Positions 10,254-20,040 of a stretch of DNA of 64,000 nucleotides are shown here, in pieces. The translations under genes were made by a program, and so were the position numbers. The notes beneath the pieces are model-generated. The model ran no database searches. It had not been told where the DNA came from and saw nothing but the letters and a program-made list of their open reading frames with translations. Numbering within the stretch: the stretch's first letter is position 1; every line of letters starts with the position of its first letter. The stretch spans positions 39,661 to 103,660 of the forward strand of contig CAWCLR010000005.1 of NCBI GenBank assembly GCA_963796415.1, given 5' to 3'. This DNA comes from an uncultured Acidimicrobiales bacterium (GTDB lineage Bacteria; Actinomycetota; Acidimicrobiia; Acidimicrobiales; VFJN01).

Positions 10254-10940
10254 TCACCAACGGCCGGCAGGGCTGACGTCCGCCGGCGCCGCCGGTCGCG
10301 TGCGGAGCCACACCGCCGCCGCGGAGAGGACGTGCCAGGCGGCGTGGGCCTGCAGCGGCGAGCCGGGCTGGCACAGCGGTCGCCCGGTCCGGCCGCCGAC
10401 GTGGAGGCCGAGGCCGGCGGCGAACACGGCGGCGGCGAGGACGTCCCGGCCGTCGTCGTGGCCGTGCACGACGTGGCGGTGGACCTCGGCGGCCAGCGCT
10501 CCCCCCGCCGCCACGGCCTGGGCGACGGCGCTGGTGCGGGGGTGGGCGGCGGCGCTGGCCACGGCCGTCACCGCCACGATCTCGGCCGCGGCGGGCTGCG
10601 TGCCGCGCCCGTGGTGCACGTCGGCCAGGGCGATGAGACCGGTCATCGCCAGCAGGGAGGCGTCGTGCGCCCAGCGCCCGACGACGCCGCCGGGCCCGTG
10701 GTAGGCGACGCTGCCCAGGCCGGCGGCGACCAGCGACCATCCCACGGCCCGGGCGCCCGGGCGGTCGGGGGCGGGGTGGCGCCGGGCGTCGGCGAGGGCG
10801 GCGGCGCCCGCCGCCACGTAGGCGAGGCTCGACGCCGTGTTGGCGGGCTGCGTCACCAGCCCGGGCCGGCAGCGCTCGCAGTCGGACGCGGCGACGACCG
10901 CGGGAAGCCTCCGCTCCCGCCGGCGGCGCCCCTCAGCCAT
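10254..10940 (-). CDS. Ceramidase-like (CREST superfamily) membrane hydrolase
   Basis: DCERC..G.VTQPANTASSLAY, SVAYH (SxxxH), HDAS, HAAWHVLSA (HxxxH); several hydrophobic helices. Confidence 0.7.
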   Translation of the reverse strand: MAEGRRRRERRLPAVVAASDCERCRPGLVTQPANTASSLAYVAAGAAALADARRHPAPDRPGARAVGWSLVAAGLGSVAYHGPGGVVGRWAHDASLLAMTGLIALADVHHGRGTQPAAAEIVAVTAVASAAAHPRTSAVAQAVAAGGALAAEVHRHVVHGHDDGRDVLAAAVFAAGLGLHVGGRTGRPLCQPGSPLQAHAAWHVLSAAAVWLRTRPAAPADVSPAGRW

Positions 10941-12339
10941 GGGCCCGCCCCGCCGTGCGCAGCGTGAGGTCGGCCACGCGGGCGCGGCGGTCGAGGATCT
11001 CCTCGAGCTGCCCGCGGCGGTCGAGCCGCGCCCGCCAGGCATGCCAGTCCCGGACGAGGGTCCACGCCCGCTCGACGAAGAGCAGGGCCAGGAAGCCCAG
11101 CACCGGGATGGACAGGAACACGAACGCGCTCGGCCAGAAGCCCTGCCGCGTCCCGTACACGTCCTCGAGCACCGGCTGGAGCGGGAACGCCAGGTTGCGC
11201 ACCGTGTCGGCCCACCAGCCCGTGCCGACGTCCCACACCGCGATGGCGAGCCAGGTCAGCGGGAACACCAGGGCAGCCACCAGCAGCCGGACCGTGCCCT
11301 TCGACACCGGCGCCCGGGGAAGCAGCCCGGCGACGAGCACGGCCACTGCGGGCACCAGGTTCGTGAACAGGCCCGCCAGCGCGAACGGGGCGAGCACCAC
11401 CAGCAGGACCGCCAGCAGCACGGTGCGCCAGGCCAGGACGGCCAGGGTGCGGCCGTTGGCCACCTGGTTGTCGACGAGGCCGATCGTGCCGAGCAGCAGG
11501 TGGTAGCGGGCCACCGAGTCGACGACGCGGTCGACGTGCTCGGGCGCCGTGGCGGCCACGAGGCGGGCCAGCGCCGAGCTCTCGGCCAGGGGGACTGCGG
11601 CGGGCGACGTCCCCGGTGGGCGGAGGGCGATGGTGGCGCCGCTGGTCAGGGCCACCGCCTCCTCCGTCGAGGCGAAGTCGGGCGTGCTGGCCCGGATCGC
11701 CGATTCGAGGCGGGCCGTGAGGTCGTCGACGTCGTGGCGCTGCGGGGCGCCCGTGGCGTCGAGCTGGGCGGTGTCGGGGACGTCGAGGGGCGGCCCGAAC
11801 TCGATCAGCGCCCGGCCCCGCACCGCCACCTTGTCCTCGTACGAGATGCCGACCGGGACGATGCGGACGCCGTCGACCCCGGCGGCCGACGCGGCCAGCG
11901 CGATGCGGGCGACTCCGGTGCGCAGCGGGCGGATGCTCGGGTCGTCGTGGGTCGTGCCCTCGGGGAACACGGCGACGACGTGGCGGTCCTCGAGGGCCTG
12001 CACCGCGGCGGCGAACGTGGCCCGGTTGTCGGTGGCGTCCCCCGCGTCCACGCGGCGCTGCACGGGCACGGCCCCCGCGAAGTTCAGCAGGATGCGGGCC
12101 GGCGCCACTGACCACAGCGTGGCCTTGGCCAGGAAGCGCGGCAGCCGGCCGAGCTCGGCCACCAGCAGCACCGGGTCGACGAACCCGTTGAGGTGGCTGG
12201 CGGCCAGGATCACCCGGCCGCCAGGCGGCGGCGCGCCCACCACCTCGACCGACCGGAAGAACGCGCGGGCGAGCAGCTGCGCCAGGAAGACGACGACCCG
12301 GTCCCGCGCCCGGGGCCCGCGCGGTGCGGCGCGGGTCAT
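10933..12339 (-). CDS. Lysophospholipid/glycerol-phosphate acyltransferase family protein with C-terminal TM helices
   Basis: ASHLNGFVDP (H...D), FLAK, FPEG motifs; start MTRAAPRG overlaps the META gene stop. Confidence 0.85.
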   Translation of the reverse strand: MTRAAPRGPRARDRVVVFLAQLLARAFFRSVEVVGAPPPGGRVILAASHLNGFVDPVLLVAELGRLPRFLAKATLWSVAPARILLNFAGAVPVQRRVDAGDATDNRATFAAAVQALEDRHVVAVFPEGTTHDDPSIRPLRTGVARIALAASAAGVDGVRIVPVGISYEDKVAVRGRALIEFGPPLDVPDTAQLDATGAPQRHDVDDLTARLESAIRASTPDFASTEEAVALTSGATIALRPPGTSPAAVPLAESSALARLVAATAPEHVDRVVDSVARYHLLLGTIGLVDNQVANGRTLAVLAWRTVLLAVLLVVLAPFALAGLFTNLVPAVAVLVAGLLPRAPVSKGTVRLLVAALVFPLTWLAIAVWDVGTGWWADTVRNLAFPLQPVLEDVYGTRQGFWPSAFVFLSIPVLGFLALLFVERAWTLVRDWHAWRARLDRRGQLEEILDRRARVADLTLRTAGRAHG

Positions 12340-13157
12340 CCCCGCACCGCGGCGATGGCGATCGCTCCCTCGGCGTCGAGGATCGTGAGCGCGTCGGGAG
12401 CGACCTCGACCCGGGCCGCCGACTCCAGCGCCCGCAGGAGCGCGGCCTCCTGCTCCATCACGCCCGGCGGGTCGTCGCAGGCCATGAGCGTGGTCCGGGG
12501 TCGGTCGATGGTGAGCTCGTCGCCGTCCAGCTCCCACGAGCTGCCGGCGGTGTTGCAGCCGGTCTCCATCGTGAGGTCGCCGTCCTCGCCGAACGAGATG
12601 GTCGGCTCGGTGCCGTCGAGCATGCTGTCGATGCTGTCGCCCGTGGCCACGCCGGTGATGGTCCACGTGCCCACGAGCAGCTCCTCCGCGTCGTACGAGC
12701 GGAAGGACAGGCGCACGCCGTCGCCGCCGGTCAGGACCATGCGGTCGACGTCCGCCTCGACGTGGTCGACGGCCTCGAGGGCGGCGACGAACTCGTTCTC
12801 GGCCTCCATCGCCGACCCGGGGCACGCCATCCGCGTCAGGGCCAAGGGGCCGATCTCGACCGACCCGTCGTCCCCCAGGTCGAACGCCCCCCGGTAGGTG
12901 TTGCACGGTGCCCGTCCCGACACGGTGTCCCCGTCGACCCCCAGCGTGACCGGGTTGTCGTCGTCGACCGCGAGCGAGCTGTCGTCGCGGTCGAGCACCC
13001 ACTCGTGCGCCTCGATGTCCATGCGCGTCGACGGTACGCCCGCGGTCGCGGCCCCGTTGTCGGCGTCGTCGTTCCCGCCGCACCCGGTCGCGGCGAGGCC
13101 GGTCACCGCCACCACGCCGACGGCGAGGACGAAGCGCGCGGTGCCGGGCCGCCGCAT
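12336..13157 (-). CDS. Lipoprotein with tandem META (HslJ-like) domains
   Basis: Lipobox LAATGC; two repeats G..PCN.Y.G / GCNTAG...LTRMAC / TTLMAC. Confidence 0.85.
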   Translation of the reverse strand: MRRPGTARFVLAVGVVAVTGLAATGCGGNDDADNGAATAGVPSTRMDIEAHEWVLDRDDSSLAVDDDNPVTLGVDGDTVSGRAPCNTYRGAFDLGDDGSVEIGPLALTRMACPGSAMEAENEFVAALEAVDHVEADVDRMVLTGGDGVRLSFRSYDAEELLVGTWTITGVATGDSIDSMLDGTEPTISFGEDGDLTMETGCNTAGSSWELDGDELTIDRPRTTLMACDDPPGVMEQEAALLRALESAARVEVAPDALTILDAEGAIAIAAVRG

Positions 13158-13232
13158 CAGACCGCCGCCGCGACGGTGAGGAGGGGGCAGATCATGCATG
13201 ACCTACGTACCAACCGCGGAGGCCGGCGCCCC

Positions 13233-14213
13233 TCACCCGCGCGGGGTGACCGCGCTCGGTGGCGCGGCCGGCCACGACGAGCCGGCCGCCACCAGCAGGT
13301 CGACCATGGCGTCGGCCGGCGGGGTGCGGTACGGGCGCTCGGGCACGGCGGCGAACAGCCGCCGCGGCTCGAGTTGGGGGGCGGTCGGGCGCAGCACGAT
13401 GCCGGCGCGCATGGCCGGCGCCGCCAGGGTCGGGACAACCATCACCCCGGCCCCGCCCGCGACGAGCGCCTGCTTGCCGGTCCAGTCGTCGCACATGAAC
13501 CCCACCCGCGGCGGGCCACCGATCGCGTGCGTCAGGCGGTGAAGCGGGCCCAGGCAGTCGGGAGGCGCGCCATCGACCCAGGTCTCGTCGCGGAGGTCGG
13601 CCAGCGACACCTTCTCGGCTGCGGCCCGCGGGTGGTCGGCAGGGAGGGCGAGCAGCATCTGCTCGTCGAGCACAGGGACGAGGTCGAGGCCGGCGATGTC
13701 GTCGGGGTCGAGGCCGGGAAAGTCGGGGTCGACCCGGGCCTGCCACGGGTCCTCGACGAGCTGCCACTCGGTGACCAGGGCCAGGTCGACGTCGCCGTCG
13801 CGCACCGCGTCGAGCACGCCGAACGCGTCGACCTGGCGCAGCGACACGGTGACCCCCGGGTGGGCGTCGCCGAAGCGGCGGATGGCGTCGGGCAGCAGCG
13901 ACGTGTTGGCGCTGGGCGTGCCCGCCAGGCGGAGCTGGCCCCCGTCGAGGCCGGCGTGGCTGCGCATCGTGGCTTCGAAGGCGTCGACCCGGGCGAGCAC
14001 CCCGCGGGCGAGGTCGACGGCCACCGTGCCGGCGGGGGTGGGGGCGACACCGCGGGGCACCCGGCGGAACAGCCGGACGCCCACCTGGCGCTCGAGCCCC
14101 GCGATCTGGCGCGACACCGCGGGTTGCGTGAGCACGAGAGCGTCGGCCGCGGCCGAGAACGACCCGTGCTCGGCCACCGTGACCAGGATCCGCAGCGACC
14201 AGAAGTCAGGCAT
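13233..14213 (-). CDS. LysR-family transcriptional regulator
   Basis: GSFSAAADALVLTQPAVSRQIAGLE HTH; divergent from a methyltransferase. Confidence 0.95.
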   Translation of the reverse strand: MPDFWSLRILVTVAEHGSFSAAADALVLTQPAVSRQIAGLERQVGVRLFRRVPRGVAPTPAGTVAVDLARGVLARVDAFEATMRSHAGLDGGQLRLAGTPSANTSLLPDAIRRFGDAHPGVTVSLRQVDAFGVLDAVRDGDVDLALVTEWQLVEDPWQARVDPDFPGLDPDDIAGLDLVPVLDEQMLLALPADHPRAAAEKVSLADLRDETWVDGAPPDCLGPLHRLTHAIGGPPRVGFMCDDWTGKQALVAGGAGVMVVPTLAAPAMRAGIVLRPTAPQLEPRRLFAAVPERPYRTPPADAMVDLLVAAGSSWPAAPPSAVTPRG

Positions 14214-14283
14214 GCGTGAAGCGTATATCAAACATGATCAACCTGCAGTTGTGCTCATGGCTCGCGACCGTGACGATCGGGAC

Positions 14284-15147
14284 ATGTCCACCACCACATC
14301 GTCTCCCCGTCCCGACACCCCGCAAGCCGACGCCTGGAACGGCCCCGAGGGCGCCAACTGGGCCGAGTCCCACGCTCTCGCCTCCCCGGACGACGCCGAC
14401 CTCGTCGGGCCGCTGCTCACCGCGGCCGCCATCTCGGCCGACGAGTTCGTGCTCGACGTCGGGTGCGGGATGGGCGGTGCCACCCGACGTGCCGCCCGCG
14501 CCGCGCCCGGCGTGACCGCCCTCGGCATCGACCTGTCCAGGCTGATGGTCGAGCAGGCCGCCGAGGCGGCGGCGGACGAGGGCCTGACCAACGTCACGTT
14601 CGTCTCCGGCGACGCCCAGGTGCACCCCTTCTGGGAGGCGGTCACCGACGTGGTCGTCAGCCACTTCGGCGTCATGTTCTTCGACGATCCCGCGGCCGCC
14701 TTCGCCAATCTCGCCCGCGCCCTGCGCCCCGGCGGCCGGCTGGCGTTCGTGGTGCCGCAGGCGATGGAGCGCTGCGCCTGGTACACGGCGCCGCTCGCCG
14801 CGCTGACCGGGCGCTCGCCGACGCCCGAGGAGCGACCGTCGCAGATGTTCTCGCTCGCCGACCCCGAGGCCACGGCCCGCCTGCTCGCGCGCGCCGGCTT
14901 CGCCGACGTGGCGATCGAGCCCGCGCCGCACGCCCTGTGGTTCGGGGCCGACGTCACCACGGCGGCCCGGTTCTACGCTGGCAGCGGGCCGGTGCGGGCC
15001 GCGATCGAGGCGGACCCTAGCCTCGACGAGGCCAAGGCCGAGGCCGTGCTGGCGGTGGCCCTTCGGCCGTACCTCACGGGCGACGGGGTCCGCATCCCGG
15101 GCGACCACTGGCTCGTCACGGCGTCGCGGGTGGAGCAGGCGGGCTGA
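14284..15147 (+). CDS. Class I SAM-dependent methyltransferase
   Basis: AWNGPEG, VLDVGCGMG, GDAQ, SHFGVMFFDDPAAAF. Confidence 0.9.
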   Translation: MSTTTSSPRPDTPQADAWNGPEGANWAESHALASPDDADLVGPLLTAAAISADEFVLDVGCGMGGATRRAARAAPGVTALGIDLSRLMVEQAAEAAADEGLTNVTFVSGDAQVHPFWEAVTDVVVSHFGVMFFDDPAAAFANLARALRPGGRLAFVVPQAMERCAWYTAPLAALTGRSPTPEERPSQMFSLADPEATARLLARAGFADVAIEPAPHALWFGADVTTAARFYAGSGPVRAAIEADPSLDEAKAEAVLAVALRPYLTGDGVRIPGDHWLVTASRVEQAG

Positions 15148-15194
15148 CCGCTCGCCTCCCCTGGATCGAGGGGCCAGGCGACGCCCTTCGGTCC

Positions 15195-16133
15195 TCAGGG
15201 CGCGGTGTCCGCCCCCGCCTCGGCCAGCAGGGCGTCCAACTTCTTGGCCCGCGGCCCCAGGGCCCGGGCGTGGCGGGGGAGGCGCGCCCACGGGTCGCCG
15301 ACGTCGGCGACCCGGGCCGGGGCGGTGGCGATGGTCCAGCCGTCGGGGCGCAGGCCCGGGTCGTCGAGCTCGTCCCACTCGATCGGCATGGCCACCGGCG
15401 CGCCCGGCCGGGGCCGCACCGAGTACGGCGCCACCACCGTCTGGGCCCAGCCGTTGCGGGCCACGTCGACGTAGAGCCGGCCCTTGCGGGCGACCTTGCG
15501 AGCCTCGACCGTGAGCTCGTCGGGGTACCGGGCGGCCAGGAGGTGGGCGACGCCCAGGGCAAAGGCGGCGACCGCGTCGGTCGTCGCCGAGCGGTCGAGG
15601 GGCGCCACCACGTGGATGCCCCGCGAGCCGCTGACCTCGGCGTACGCCGCCAGGTCGAGCTCCTCGAACACGGCCCGCACCCAGTGGGCGGCCCGGACGA
15701 CCTCGCCGAAGTCGTCGGACGACGGGTCCAGGTCGACGATCAGCAGGTCGGGCCGCTCGGGCGCGTCGGCCCGGCTGGGCCAGCGGTGGAACGACACGGT
15801 CGACAGGTTGGTGAGGGCGAGCAGCCCCGCCTCGTCGTCGACCACCGGGTGGCGGACCGTGCCGCCCTCCTTGGCCACCTCGACCGTGCGGATCCACCCC
15901 GGGACGCCCCGCCCACCCTCCTTCTGGTAGAAGCCGGGTCCGCCGGTGCCCTCGGGGAAGCGCTGCAGCATCAGCGGCCTCTCGACCAGGTGGGGGAGCA
16001 TCACGTCGGCCACCGCGTGGTGGTACTCGGCGAGGTCGTGCTTCGTCAGTCCGTCATCGGGGAACAGCACCCGCTCGGGGTGCGTGATCTTGACGGTCCG
16101 CGAACCGACCCGGTAGGAGATGCCGTCGCTCAT
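15195..16133 (-). CDS. ligD: Stand-alone LigD polymerase (AEP primase-polymerase) domain
   Basis: ITHPERVLFP, RFPEG, FYQK, DLDP, SGSRGIHV, RNGWAQTVVAPYSVR; no ligase or phosphoesterase domain. Confidence 0.9.
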   Translation of the reverse strand: MSDGISYRVGSRTVKITHPERVLFPDDGLTKHDLAEYHHAVADVMLPHLVERPLMLQRFPEGTGGPGFYQKEGGRGVPGWIRTVEVAKEGGTVRHPVVDDEAGLLALTNLSTVSFHRWPSRADAPERPDLLIVDLDPSSDDFGEVVRAAHWVRAVFEELDLAAYAEVSGSRGIHVVAPLDRSATTDAVAAFALGVAHLLAARYPDELTVEARKVARKGRLYVDVARNGWAQTVVAPYSVRPRPGAPVAMPIEWDELDDPGLRPDGWTIATAPARVADVGDPWARLPRHARALGPRAKKLDALLAEAGADTAP

Positions 16134-16410
16134 CAGCGCGAGGGTAGGACCCGGAAGGCGGCGTGTGTCGCAGCCGGTGTGGCGACGAGTGCGGTCCGCT
16201 CGAGCTCGATGGGCGCGCCACCGTCGCGGTGGAACAGGCGCGCGCCCTCACCCAGCAGGACGGGGACGACATCGACGGACAGCTCGTCGACCAGTCCGGC
16301 CCGCAGGGCCTGGGCGCCGACGATCGGCCCCCATCACGCACACGTCCTTGTCGCCTGCGGCCCGCTGGGCCAGGGCCACGGCCGCGTCGACCCCGTCGGA
16401 GACGGTCCGA
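16133..16410 (-). pseudogene. 5'-truncated dihydrofolate reductase/RibD C-terminal domain relic
   Basis: Minus strand reads DGVDAAVALAQRAAGDKDVCVMG / frameshift / VGAQALRAGLVDELSVDVVPVLLGEGARLF...THAAFRVLPSR*; no start codon; TGA overlaps the LigD-Pol ATG. Confidence 0.7.
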
Positions 16411-16469
16411 GCCGTGAGAAATCATCGTTCGAGCGATGAGTGCCGGGCCTTGGCTGCGTTGCACCTGAC

Positions 16470-17264
16470 ATGACGGACATGACACGACTGCTGGAAGGCA
16501 AGACCGCGATCATCTACGGGGCCGGGGGCTCGCTCGGCGGCGGGGTGGCCCGCACGTTCGCCCGCGAGGGGGCCACGGTCCACCTCGTCGGGCGCACCCG
16601 CGGGCCGCTCGACGCCGTGGCCGGCGACATCGCGGCGGCGGGCGGCACCGCCGAGGTCGCCGTCCTCGACGCCGTCGACGAGGAGGCGGTCGTCGCCCAC
16701 GCCGACGCCGTCGCCGCGTCGGCCGGCTCGATCGACGTCTCCTTCAACCTGATCACGCGGGGCGACGTGCAGGGCCAGCCCCTGCTCGACATGCGCGTCG
16801 ACGACCTGGCCCGCCCGGTGGAGACCGGGCTGCGCAGCAACTTCGTCACCGCCCGGGCCGCCGCCCGCCACATGGTCGCGGCCGGCGGCGGGGTCATCCT
16901 CCACCTGAACAGCGGCTCGTCCGGCGGTCAGGCGCCGATGATGGGCGGCACGGGCTCGGCCGACGCCGCCACCGAGGCGCTGATGCGGAACCTGGCGATG
17001 GAGCTGGGGCCGCAGGGCGTCCGGGTGCTCGGCATCTGGACCGCCGGCGTGGCCGACACGCTCACGAAGGAGAAGCTGGCCGAGGTGGGCGGCGACGACA
17101 TGCCCGACCCCGAGGTGATCGCCCAGATGATCGGCGAGGCGTCGATGCTGAAGCGGGCGCCCCGCATCCAGCAGGTGGCCGACGTGGCCGCCTTCCTCGC
17201 CTCCGACCGCAGCTCGGGCATGACCGCTGCCATCGCCAACGTGACCTGCGGGCTGGTGGGCTGA
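16470..17264 (+). CDS. Short-chain dehydrogenase/reductase (SDR)
   Basis: GKTAIIYGAGGSLGGG Rossmann motif; ELGPQGVRV. Confidence 0.9.
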   Translation: MTDMTRLLEGKTAIIYGAGGSLGGGVARTFAREGATVHLVGRTRGPLDAVAGDIAAAGGTAEVAVLDAVDEEAVVAHADAVAASAGSIDVSFNLITRGDVQGQPLLDMRVDDLARPVETGLRSNFVTARAAARHMVAAGGGVILHLNSGSSGGQAPMMGGTGSADAATEALMRNLAMELGPQGVRVLGIWTAGVADTLTKEKLAEVGGDDMPDPEVIAQMIGEASMLKRAPRIQQVADVAAFLASDRSSGMTAAIANVTCGLVG

Positions 17265-17348
17265 GCGGTGGCGATCACCCCGGAACGACTCCACGGTCCG
17301 GGACCTACGGTGTGGGGACCGGGCGGCCGCGACCAGGGAGAGGCCACC

Positions 17349-18377
17349 GTGCCCGCAACAGCCGAGCAGAGCGACGACCTGGTGGCCGCCGCGGTGGGCG
17401 GCGACGAGGCGGCCTTCTCGGCCCTCGTCGAGCGTCACCGGCGCGAGCTGCACGTGCACTGCTACCGCATGCTCAGCTCGTACGACGAGGCCGAGGACGC
17501 GGTGCAGGAGACGATGCTGCGGGCGTGGCGGCGGCGCGACAGCTTCGACGGGGGGCCGTACTTCCGGGCCTGGCTCTACCGCATCGCCACCAACACGTGC
17601 CTCGACATGCTGCGCCGGACCAGCCGGCGGGTGCCGGCCGGCGGGACCTTCGCCGAGGTGCCGTGGCTGCAGCCCTACCCCGACGCCGAGCTCGACGAGA
17701 TCGCCGCGGGCGACGACGAGCCCGACACCGCCCTGGTCGCCCGCGAGACGGTCGAGCTTGCGTTCCTGGCCGCGCTGCAGGCCCTGCCGCCCCGCCAGCG
17801 GGCGGTGCTGCTCGCCCGCGACGTGCTCGGGTGGTCGGCGGCCGAGACGGCGGCGCTGCTCGACATGACCGTGCCCGCGGCCAACAGTGCGTTGCAGCGG
17901 GCCCGGGTGACGCTCGGCGACCGCCTGCCGGCGCGCCGGGCCGATTGGTCGGTGGCGGCGCCCACCGACGACGAGCGCGACGTGATGGCCCGGTTCATGG
18001 CCGCCCACGAGCGGCACGACGCCGCCGCGGCCGCCGCCATGCTGCGCGACGACATCCGCATCACCATGCCGCCGCACCCCTTCCTCTTCGAGGGTGTCGA
18101 CGTGGTCGGGCCGGCTCTCGAGACGGCGTTCGGGGTCGAGGAGGTCGGCGAGTGGCGGCTCGTCCCCGTCCGGGCCAACCGCATGCCGGCGGCCGCCTCC
18201 TACCTCCAGGCGTGGGGCGACACGCAGTTCCGGGCGTTCAAGATCGACGTCGTCCGCCTGGTCGAGGGGAGGGTGGCCGAGGTGACGACGTTCGGCTCCG
18301 GCATGTTCCCCCGGTTCGGGCTGCCGGCGACGCTCGACGACCCCGGCGAACCGGGCGAGGCCCACGCCGCGGAGTGA
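17349..18377 (+). CDS. ECF RNA polymerase sigma factor with SnoaL-like C-terminal extension (SigG-like)
   Basis: LHVHCYRML..DEAEDAVQETMLRAW, WLYRIATN, WLQPYPD, LPPRQRAVL, RANRMPAAASY; start uncertain (17268 or 17349). Confidence 0.9.
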   Translation: MPATAEQSDDLVAAAVGGDEAAFSALVERHRRELHVHCYRMLSSYDEAEDAVQETMLRAWRRRDSFDGGPYFRAWLYRIATNTCLDMLRRTSRRVPAGGTFAEVPWLQPYPDAELDEIAAGDDEPDTALVARETVELAFLAALQALPPRQRAVLLARDVLGWSAAETAALLDMTVPAANSALQRARVTLGDRLPARRADWSVAAPTDDERDVMARFMAAHERHDAAAAAAMLRDDIRITMPPHPFLFEGVDVVGPALETAFGVEEVGEWRLVPVRANRMPAAASYLQAWGDTQFRAFKIDVVRLVEGRVAEVTTFGSGMFPRFGLPATLDDPGEPGEAHAAE

Positions 18378-18384
18378 CCCGGTC

Positions 18385-18900
18385 TCAGATGTCCTGGATC
18401 ATCGGGAACACGACGCCCTCGGGCCAGCGGGCCATCGAGCGGTAGCGGCGGCCGGCGAACATCCACCGCCCGTCGACCTTGGCGTACGTGTCGTCGTAGC
18501 GCCCGAAGGCATCGGTGCGCCGCGTCTCGCCGTGGAGCTGGCGCAGCTCGCACATGAACACCCGCCCGGTGGCCGCCGCCCGGTCGCCGCCGGGCCACAG
18601 GTCCACGTGGTGGTTGAGCACCACGAACTCGAAGAACTCGAACCGCTCGATGGCCTCGGACACGAACTCGGCCATGGCGTCGGGCCCCACCAGCTCCTGC
18701 GCGGGGCGGCTGACGAGGTCGAGGTCCACGACGCAGTCGGGCAGGAACTGCCGCTCGAACGCGTCCCAGTCGCGCCGGGTGACCGCGTCCGCGTAGGTGG
18801 ACAGCAGGCGGGTAACGCCGAGGTGGTCGACCGCCTCGGCGACCTCGTCGGGCGGCGGACCGGTGACGTCGGGCACGGGCCCGGACGGTAGCGGCCGCAC
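18385..18900 (-). CDS. SnoaL-like / NTF2 family protein
   Basis: LLSTYADAVTRRDW...GRYDDTYAKVDGRWMFAGR. Confidence 0.85.
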   Translation of the reverse strand: MRPLPSGPVPDVTGPPPDEVAEAVDHLGVTRLLSTYADAVTRRDWDAFERQFLPDCVVDLDLVSRPAQELVGPDAMAEFVSEAIERFEFFEFVVLNHHVDLWPGGDRAAATGRVFMCELRQLHGETRRTDAFGRYDDTYAKVDGRWMFAGRRYRSMARWPEGVVFPMIQDI

Positions 18901-18944
18901 GCGCCGGGTGACGGGCCTCTCCGAAGCTGCGCCGTCAGGGCCTG

Positions 18945-19760
18945 TCAGCGCTTGGGCGGGGGATAGATAGATGTCGACGCAGAACTCGTCGAGCGTGGTG
19001 CGCTAGCGCCGTGGCGATCGTTCCGGACGGAGGGCGGGTCGGTGAACGCGCCCGCCTGCTCGAGCCGGAAGCCCACGCCCCGGACCGTGCGGATGCGGCA
19101 CGTCCGCTCTGCCTCGGGGTCGGCCAGCTTCGACCTGAGCCGCCGCACGTGGGCCTGCAGCCGGTTGTCGTCGTGGGCGCCCGCGGTGCCCCACGCCGCC
19201 TTCTGCAGGTCCTGCTTGGTCACGACGTCGCCGCCGGCGGCGACGAGCCCGCCGAGCACGCGCAGCTCGGTCAGGGTGAGCACGAGGCGCCGGGCTCCCT
19301 GCCAGGCCTCGTAGTTGTGCAGGTCCACGACGAGGTCCGCCCAGGTGACCACCTCGTCCGCGGCGACGCGGCGGCGGGCGATGGCCGTGAGCACCGTCCC
19401 CACGACGTCGGCCGCAGAGGCGTCAGCCCCGAGCAGCCCGTCGATCTCGTCGCCGATCGGGCCCCACCCGTCCCCCGGCACGAACCCCAGCAGCACGATG
19501 GGCACCGCCGTGACCGCCCGCACCCGTCGGATCAGCGCCGCCATTCCGGGGGTCTTCCCGGGTGGCGAGCCCACGGCCGGGTCGACGACGACTGCGGCCA
19601 CGTTCGGGTCGGCCGCGAAGTCCGTCAGCGCGGACGTGGTGAAGGCCATGGCCGGCATCAGGTGCTCGGCCGCCAGGGCCCGGGCGATCTCGGCGGCCCG
19701 CTCGCCGTCCGGGAGCGCCACCAGGACCGCGCTCGAGGCGCTCGACAGGCCCCTGTCCAT
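18945..19760 (-). CDS. OmpR-type winged-helix regulator with atypical receiver domain
   Basis: C-terminal LTLTELRVL, AAWG, LQAHVRRLRSKL, IRTVRGVGF; degenerate receiver motifs. Confidence 0.8.
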   Translation of the reverse strand: MDRGLSSASSAVLVALPDGERAAEIARALAAEHLMPAMAFTTSALTDFAADPNVAAVVVDPAVGSPPGKTPGMAALIRRVRAVTAVPIVLLGFVPGDGWGPIGDEIDGLLGADASAADVVGTVLTAIARRRVAADEVVTWADLVVDLHNYEAWQGARRLVLTLTELRVLGGLVAAGGDVVTKQDLQKAAWGTAGAHDDNRLQAHVRRLRSKLADPEAERTCRIRTVRGVGFRLEQAGAFTDPPSVRNDRHGASAPRSTSSASTSIYPPPKR

Positions 19761-19985
19761 GTCCGCCACCGTTCGTCCAATCGTCTCCGTCGCGGGCGCA
19801 CCACCGGGAGGACGGCGGCGCACTGGCGACATCGGCCGCCGGGACGTAGCCAGTCAAACTCTCTGAGTGGCGGATGTCAACGGATCGACCGCGGAGGGTG
19901 CTCGCCCGGCGCCGCGCCGTCCCGCCCCGGGCGCCGATGACCAGGAGCAGATCGGCTGATCACGCCGCGCGGGCTGGCCGCTAGC

Positions 19986-20040
19986 CTGACCGACGGTGTG
20001 CCGGGAAGTCTGGTCGGCGAGTCGACGCCAGCCGCCCCGG
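19986..20040 (+). promoter_or_regulatory. Candidate cis-regulatory RNA in the nhaA leader (nhaA-I / Li+ riboswitch-like)
   Basis: GGTGTGCCGGGAAGTCTGGTCGG...GCCGCC directly before the nhaA start; resemblance to the nhaA-I consensus is from memory and untested. Confidence 0.4.

Noticed and set aside
10933-13083. 716-aa ORF suggesting an N-terminally extended acyltransferase
   Set aside because: The upstream part is an off-frame shadow of the META gene; the real start at 12339 overlaps the META stop
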